This document shows, in pieces, positions 63,001-64,000 of a stretch of DNA of 64,000 nt (position 1 is its first letter; each line of letters begins with the position of its first letter). Both the position numbers and the translations under genes were made by a program. The notes beneath the pieces were generated by a model, which was not told the DNA's origin, ran no database searches, and worked only from the letters and a program-made list of their open reading frames with translations. The stretch spans positions 283,819-347,818 of the forward strand of contig CAYPYS010000001.1 in NCBI GenBank assembly GCA_964415355.1. Direction: 5' to 3'. The DNA comes from an uncultured Planctomycetia bacterium. GTDB taxonomy: Bacteria > Omnitrophota > Gorgyraeia > Gorgyraeales > Gorgyraeaceae.

Positions 63001-63999
63001 AAACATCGTGCTTATTTCAGCAAGGTGTCGCGCAAGAGTACTATTCCCACTATAATCAGAAACCCCCTTTACGGTTTGCGTCAAACTCGGCTCTCCTGTA
63101 TCATTTATGACCTGCCAGAACTCTCTTTTGTGTATAAGTTTCAAGAGGCTTTCACGATCAATTTCGCCATGCTTAACAAGGACAGGATAAATCTTTAAAA
63201 TGCTTTGCAAGGCTTTATTGACCGATGCTTCTAAACCGCTAAGTGACCCTGTAACTATCGACGTAAACTCTATAAAAACTTCTCCTCTCCTTTGCTCTGG
63301 AGGAAATTGACCAATAAGGCGAACTAGCAATACTTTTACTGCCTCCTTATTAAGATCAAACATCGGATACATCTCTACAAGCTCTCCCTGAAAAGCAGAA
63401 ACAGCCCTGGTAAAAAGTTCTTGTTCGATTGCATCTATCCCGCCCTCTACATCATCTCGTATAATGCCGCTAATATCACCTATAGAAGAAAGATTCCCGT
63501 ATTTTGTCCTTAAAACAGTCCTTCGATCATTAAAAAAGATGCCATGCAATCTCTCAGCTTGTATCCAGCAAGCTTCTCTTGCGAGGATATCCTGCATTAT
63601 AGGCCTGAGAACGCGTTGCACATATTCGAGGGAAGGCCAGTCACCTGCTTGTAATTTACGATTTATAATATTAATCGCCTTTTCTCTATCGAGCTCGCCA
63701 TGGATGCATAAGGCCTTGCCTATACTGAGCATTTCCACGACTCCTTTTTCGATTACCGCAGCTACTCTATCTAATTCTCCTGTAACGATATCTCTTGCCT
63801 CTCCAAGAGTCTTGTCATTAGATAGTTCTGCACGAAGACGAGCTTCAATTGCGTGAATTCTTAGCGATGTAATAGTCTTTCTGTAATCATCGCAAATCCC
63901 ACCAGGAAGAGAAGGAATGAGATAACGTTTGTTCAAGCCGTCTCTAACTAAACCAACTGCAGCCTTAAGGGCCTTCTGAGTTTTCTTGTTATATGCAGG
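1..63999 (-). CDS. Giant multidomain membrane-associated protein (partial, >21,333 aa; start and stop both outside the window); Omnitrophota-type giant gene
   Basis: The frame was open in every line translated, from PAYNKKTQKALKA at 63999 to FEIDGLKILS at 1, including across all palindromic inserts. The ORF track lists no minus ORF in this phase, as expected if no stop exists. Most listed + ORFs start at positions = 2 mod 3 across the whole window, the typical antisense shadow of one constant frame. Dozens of recognisable domains translate in this frame. Confidence 0.9.
601..1560 (-). other. Domain: ribose-phosphate pyrophosphokinase (PRPP synthetase)-like, divergent
   Basis: KGDDVAIIHST, LLLALVKLRRAG, YEGLARKDR (cf. 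YFGYARQDR), VLLAPDKGA, and the PRPP-binding FVLDDETSTGGS. Confidence 0.8.
1933..1975. repeat. Palindromic element family B (imperfect copy), inside the ORF
   Basis: AGTTTACACT-N13-AGTGTAAACT, with a TTGTTGAAG core similar to the 8655-8689 element. Confidence 0.65.
2230..2450 (-). other. Domain: possible RelE/ParE/HigB-like fold
   Basis: RKLETLLANP...PKKYGRQHGLYEIQRGSRRVYARVFPEERAVVIVLAMLK follows the RelE-superfamily pattern. Confidence 0.4.
3550..5020 (-). other. Domain: RelA/SpoT-like block (degenerate HD, synthetase-like, TGS)
   Basis: HPSGELYLEH, LLHPLDS (HD lost), ADRLS, YIPLAERRGL, GRCKGVYRTYRK, KDLGGIMI, GYRAFN, EFQI, LAHWVYK, then TGS-like RVPQGAVIADVA...LKTGQIIE. Confidence 0.85.
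6400..6840 (-). other. Domain: SpoT/Mesh1-type HD (p)ppGpp hydrolase-like
   Basis: IKKAYDF...RKRGTPEIGHPAAVA...AALLHDLPED...FGDRVARYV...LKLVDRLHS. Confidence 0.85.
7720..8070 (-). other. Domain: CPBP (Abi/CAAX-type) intramembrane protease-like
   Basis: APALVEEAIF...FWHLLH...HVIAN within hydrophobic helices. Confidence 0.55.
8655..8689. repeat. Palindromic element family B (perfect 17-bp arms)
   Basis: TAAGTATACTTTCAACA-T-TGTTGAAAGTATACTTA; translated in frame as KYTFNNVESIL. Confidence 0.9.
8770..9075 (-). other. Domain: MraZ/SpoVT-AbrB-like
   Basis: YKKRLDFRYRVLIPAAIR...VVIAGVGGVIEIWSASNWE matches the N- and C-terminal MraZ signatures; shortened. Confidence 0.65.
9450..9519. repeat. Perfect 58-bp palindrome (nested REP-like elements), inside the ORF
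   Basis: ACCCTCTCCCCATACTGTAGGTCAGGTTT|AAACCTGACCTACAGTATGGGGAGAGGGT (9450-9507), followed by AAGGGTGAGGGG; the frame stays open (PLTLTLSPYCRSGLNLTYSMGRG). Confidence 0.9.
9850..12330 (-). other. Domain: TM helices (about 12000-12330) followed by a long coiled-coil/helical rod
   Basis: Hydrophobic VLGAITTFLG...AIAGLFALSLITAWILL, then more than 600 aa of E/K/L-rich heptad-like sequence. Confidence 0.7.
13150..13790 (-). other. Domain: possible degenerate GGDEF-like fold
   Basis: IIFVDVDVDRMMGRFN...AYPCDNVTIAI (in place of RYGGDEF)...VTMSIAC. Confidence 0.35.
14290..14620 (-). other. Domain: class I SAM-dependent methyltransferase
   Basis: VKPGMDIVEVGAG...VTVYEP...KGDF...DAVLM...ILKPGGTLVV. 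Confidence 0.8.
15270..15510 (-). other. Domain: JAB/MPN (JAMM) metalloenzyme
   Basis: FEIG...AHSHPNGFLLPSDKD = E...HxHx7SxxD (motif at 15340-15381). Confidence 0.7.
16110..17050 (-). other. Domain: HEAT/PBS-lyase repeats
   Basis: RSDAAHVLGSIGSREIIDALIEIL; LLGHDDKYIRSMALRYI; IQCSAIRAIG. Confidence 0.7.
17223..17288. repeat. GTCATTCCCGCGAAAGCGGGAATCC-type REP/dRS3-like element, with two degenerate tandem half-copies
   Basis: TGTCATCCTCGCG / TGTCATTCCTGTG / TGTCATTCTCGCAAAAGCGGGAATCCA; related copy in opposite orientation at 45991-46014. Confidence 0.7.
17580..17950 (-). other. Domain: class I SAM-dependent methyltransferase
   Basis: IVPGDKIVEFGPG...YLGIEID...CADV...YNMVVM...LEHGGQLVI. Confidence 0.8.
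18106..18178. repeat. Nested REP-like palindrome (GTTCGAGCGAGG...GTCGAGAAC type)
   Basis: 12-bp inverted repeat CGACTCCAAATC/GATTTGGAGTCG enclosing CTTCTCGACCTTGCTCGAAG, which is an inverted copy of the outer motif. Confidence 0.75.
18440..18820 (-). other. Domain: SAM-methyltransferase-like (divergent)
   Basis: GDKSLHIGYG...VHAVDPD...ISMLNV...ITLGGTIFI. Confidence 0.65.
19150..19630 (-). other. Domain: TrmB-like methyltransferase, copy 2
   Basis: ALCIGAGQG...IIGVEP...FDEIYMIGPMPP...HMF...GKFVVLTE. Confidence 0.7.
20350..20830 (-). other. Domain: TrmB-like methyltransferase, copy 1
   Basis: ALCIGVGSG...IIGLEP...FDEVYMIGPWPP...HMF...GQFTLLTE. Confidence 0.7.
21020..21380 (-). other. Domain: degenerate HATPase_c (histidine-kinase-type ATPase)
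   Basis: LHLIIERLVSNG (N box), ILNPG, LEQLF, NHGIALPFVKRSLHKMNGEI, FEIDFP. Confidence 0.65.
22060..22440 (-). other. Domain: degenerate SAM-methyltransferase fold
   Basis: KTIMFVGP...RFPDSQVIVVNP...IGDV...PGSVDLIIS...LQGQGSILI. Confidence 0.55.
23420..23870 (-). other. Domain: possible CheD/YfiH-like Cys-His deamidase fold
   Basis: VSTDEVKNCLGLCI...YMGHFF...AELFGAG...AQQVLEHYGF...TGG. Confidence 0.45.
24352..24428. repeat. Family A REP/RPE-like element (both ends present)
   Basis: GTCATTGCGAGCGAAGCGAAGCAATCTC...CTCGCAATGAC; translated as RHCE...RLLRFARND. Confidence 0.85.
24845..25290 (-). other. Domain: HATPase_c (histidine-kinase-type ATPase)
   Basis: YELLKNA, IEDSNKGIP, GAGLGLGKVRNVVDMHDGSI, GTKVMITLP; no clear H-box seen. 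Confidence 0.8.
27070..27865 (-). other. Domain: Hanks-type Ser/Thr pseudokinase
   Basis: VALE (K lost), HPNI, HRDITPEN, GFG (D lost), GTIGYAAPEQ, SDIYALG. Confidence 0.85.
28350..29170 (-). other. Domain: Hanks-type Ser/Thr protein kinase
   Basis: LGSG, VALK, HPNIV, YRDVKPVN, DFG, GTEGYAPPEQ, DTYALG. Confidence 0.9.
29350..29830 (-). other. Domain: class I SAM-dependent methyltransferase
   Basis: ITVMDWGCGDG...DSVDLIFS...LGDEGKLFV. Confidence 0.8.
30020..30390 (-). other. Domain: GNAT acetyltransferase-like
   Basis: IEPATNEDV...GDVIAF...LASLAVASGSRNQGIGTILM...FRRFG. Confidence 0.7.
33720..34700 (-). repeat. Intragenic duplication of a basic HTH-like module (about 34310-34700 and 33720-34110)
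   Basis: Both copies start AVDLSESEVR, with identical DNA GCACTTCACTCTCACTAAGATCAACAGC. They share RNLANRLGVG and GHRNV, and carry TQKDVASVLGV / STTDVAKALEV. Confidence 0.8.
34148..34203. repeat. Family A element fused to a family B half-element
   Basis: ACAATGTTAAAGTGTATACTTA + AGATTGCTTCGCACCTATGGCACTCGCAATGAC; peptide VIASAIGAKQSLSIHFNIV. Confidence 0.75.
35080..36190 (-). other. Domain: PfkA-family 6-phosphofructokinase with PPi-type signature
   Basis: RIGILTGGGPASGHN, GWKGL, GATIIGTSR, GGDDT, PKTMDNDI, GYDS, EVFGRNAG, LIPE, VSEG, DGFGH, DYLYRS. Confidence 0.93.
36300..36545 (-). repeat. Linker cassette copy (family A element, FGSKGWRNNKSPRGSP, hydrophobic helix)
   Basis: ANLFDSVSLIAM...VIANTAGVKQSL...LGLFGSKGWRNNKSPRGSPRWTVLILL; DNA homologous to 44700-44915. 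Confidence 0.8.
37240..37780 (-). other. Domain: NUDIX hydrolase / type-1 IPP isomerase-like
   Basis: IHELGL...SKGQVLLQQRA...LWDISFAGHSISGES...REFIEEL...EEVHAVKWV. Confidence 0.8.
38150..38760 (-). other. Domain: guanylate kinase/PhnN-like P-loop kinase
   Basis: VAGSSGAGKST, TTRPYR, VTRAEFE, EIYGDDYA, AFIMP, IVND. Confidence 0.85.
38950..39110 (-). other. Domain: minimal zincin-like HExxH module
   Basis: AIASYD...IQYHP...VFEHELLH (38998-39012). Confidence 0.5.
40130..40500 (-). other. Domain: class I SAM-dependent methyltransferase (Methyltransf_11-like)
   Basis: VADIGAG...VIGCD...SLPFRDGEVHVV...VMHHV...RILKQGGLLMLFE. Confidence 0.85.
40790..40930 (-). repeat. Linker cassette copy
   Basis: SIATATEVKQSLIG...MLLGLFGSQDSRNSDSPRSPPWK. 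Confidence 0.75.
42140..42480 (-). other. Domain: membrane HExxH metalloprotease (M50/site-2-like), possibly degenerate
   Basis: IFGLTLLHEMIHVWVARLFG within a TM helix; downstream LIPF lacks the canonical LDG. Confidence 0.55.
43050..43210 (-). repeat. Linker cassette copy followed by a lipobox-like helix
   Basis: VIASTAGVKQSLGFLFMGS...SRAPLILLILSVLLFLSGC. Confidence 0.7.
44620..44915 (-). repeat. Linker cassette copy with a nested second REP-like element
   Basis: TNLFDNMSLIAM...VVAS[SSTALGINF]AKQSL...LFGSKGWRNNKSPRSPPWYKLLKILAIP. Confidence 0.8.
45190..45480 (-). other. Domain: CPBP (Abi/CAAX-type) intramembrane protease-like
   Basis: FPLFEEFLY...IFSFAH...AIMAHSYIN (EE, FxxxH and HxxxN motifs). 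Confidence 0.7.
45800..46015 (-). repeat. Linker cassette copy with tandem dRS3-like and family A elements
   Basis: VIPVKAGI-YS-IIASEAKQSL...MFLGLVGSQGSRDSNSTRGPPKYKLAKILAIPTLTLILLARA. Confidence 0.8.
47480..48870 (-). other. Domain: tandem membrane-anchored bacterial PH (bPH_2/YdbS-YdbT-like) modules
   Basis: LTEGEKVL...KH, TM pair, DFIVVTDRRV...IFGTCFVEIDSAG; second unit YRKHP, TMs, DWKDDEFILREDRI...FRYGTVKIEVAG. Confidence 0.75.
50780..52100 (-). other. Domain: long charged coiled coil
   Basis: E/R/K/Q/L-rich heptads (e.g. KNEELKALEAALRKRQDELSKRIEALKARELALQARERELDQQK). Confidence 0.7.
52390..52680 (-). other. Domain: zincin-like HExxH module
   Basis: ATVHISPD...AQLMHEISHIVSGDHRDEAGA (HEISH at 52453-52467). 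Confidence 0.55.
56980..57240 (-). other. Domain: JAB/MPN (JAMM) metalloenzyme
   Basis: FETGGIIG...YHYHDETSLPLSAGD = E...HxHx7SxxD (57025-57066). Confidence 0.7.
57870..58200 (-). other. Domain: Pol-beta-family nucleotidyltransferase-like
   Basis: AIIVGGTRY...RRDIDMVL (hG[GS]...DxD). Confidence 0.55.
58620..58790 (-). other. Domain: degenerate zincin-like module
   Basis: ATVSYD...VVLNP...GLIHELLE; same layout as the 38950-39110 module, second His replaced. Confidence 0.35.
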
Positions 64000-64000
64000 A

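Noticed and set aside
587-63856. All other plus-strand ORFs in the track
   Set aside because: Short, Ser/Leu/Phe-rich, mostly in one phase, and overlapping clear minus-strand domains
1-64000. Stop-codon recoding, rRNA/tRNA genes or transposases
   Set aside because: No in-frame TGA/TAG/TAA was met in the sampled lines, so recoding is not needed. No RNA-gene or transposase signatures were recognised.

Overview
The whole 64 kb window appears to be the interior of a single giant minus-strand coding sequence. The reading frame (codons at + positions 1-3, 4-6 ... 63997-63999, 21,333 codons) was open in every stretch I translated, and it runs off both edges. This probably explains why the ORF track misses it and lists mainly Ser-rich antisense shadows, most in one phase. 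I checked by hand only a sample of lines. The deduced protein is a string of modules: about 8 SAM-methyltransferase folds, a PfkA-family phosphofructokinase, guanylate kinase, NUDIX/IDI, a PRPP-synthetase-like domain, RelA/SpoT domains, a kinase plus pseudokinase pair, two HATPase domains, two JAMM motifs, zincin, M50 and CPBP protease motifs, GNAT, an NTase, MraZ-like, HEAT, bPH, HTH duplications, coiled coils and many transmembrane helices. Many modules look catalytically degenerate. The architecture resembles the giant proteins known from Omnitrophota (taxon inferred, not shown). Two layers are the most unusual. First, a recurring linker cassette: REP-derived peptide, hydrophobic stretch, R-x-P-P, then a signal-peptide-like helix. 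Second, several families of REP/MITE-like palindromes inserted in frame and translated. Domain calls come from motif recognition in manual translation, and domain boundaries are approximate.
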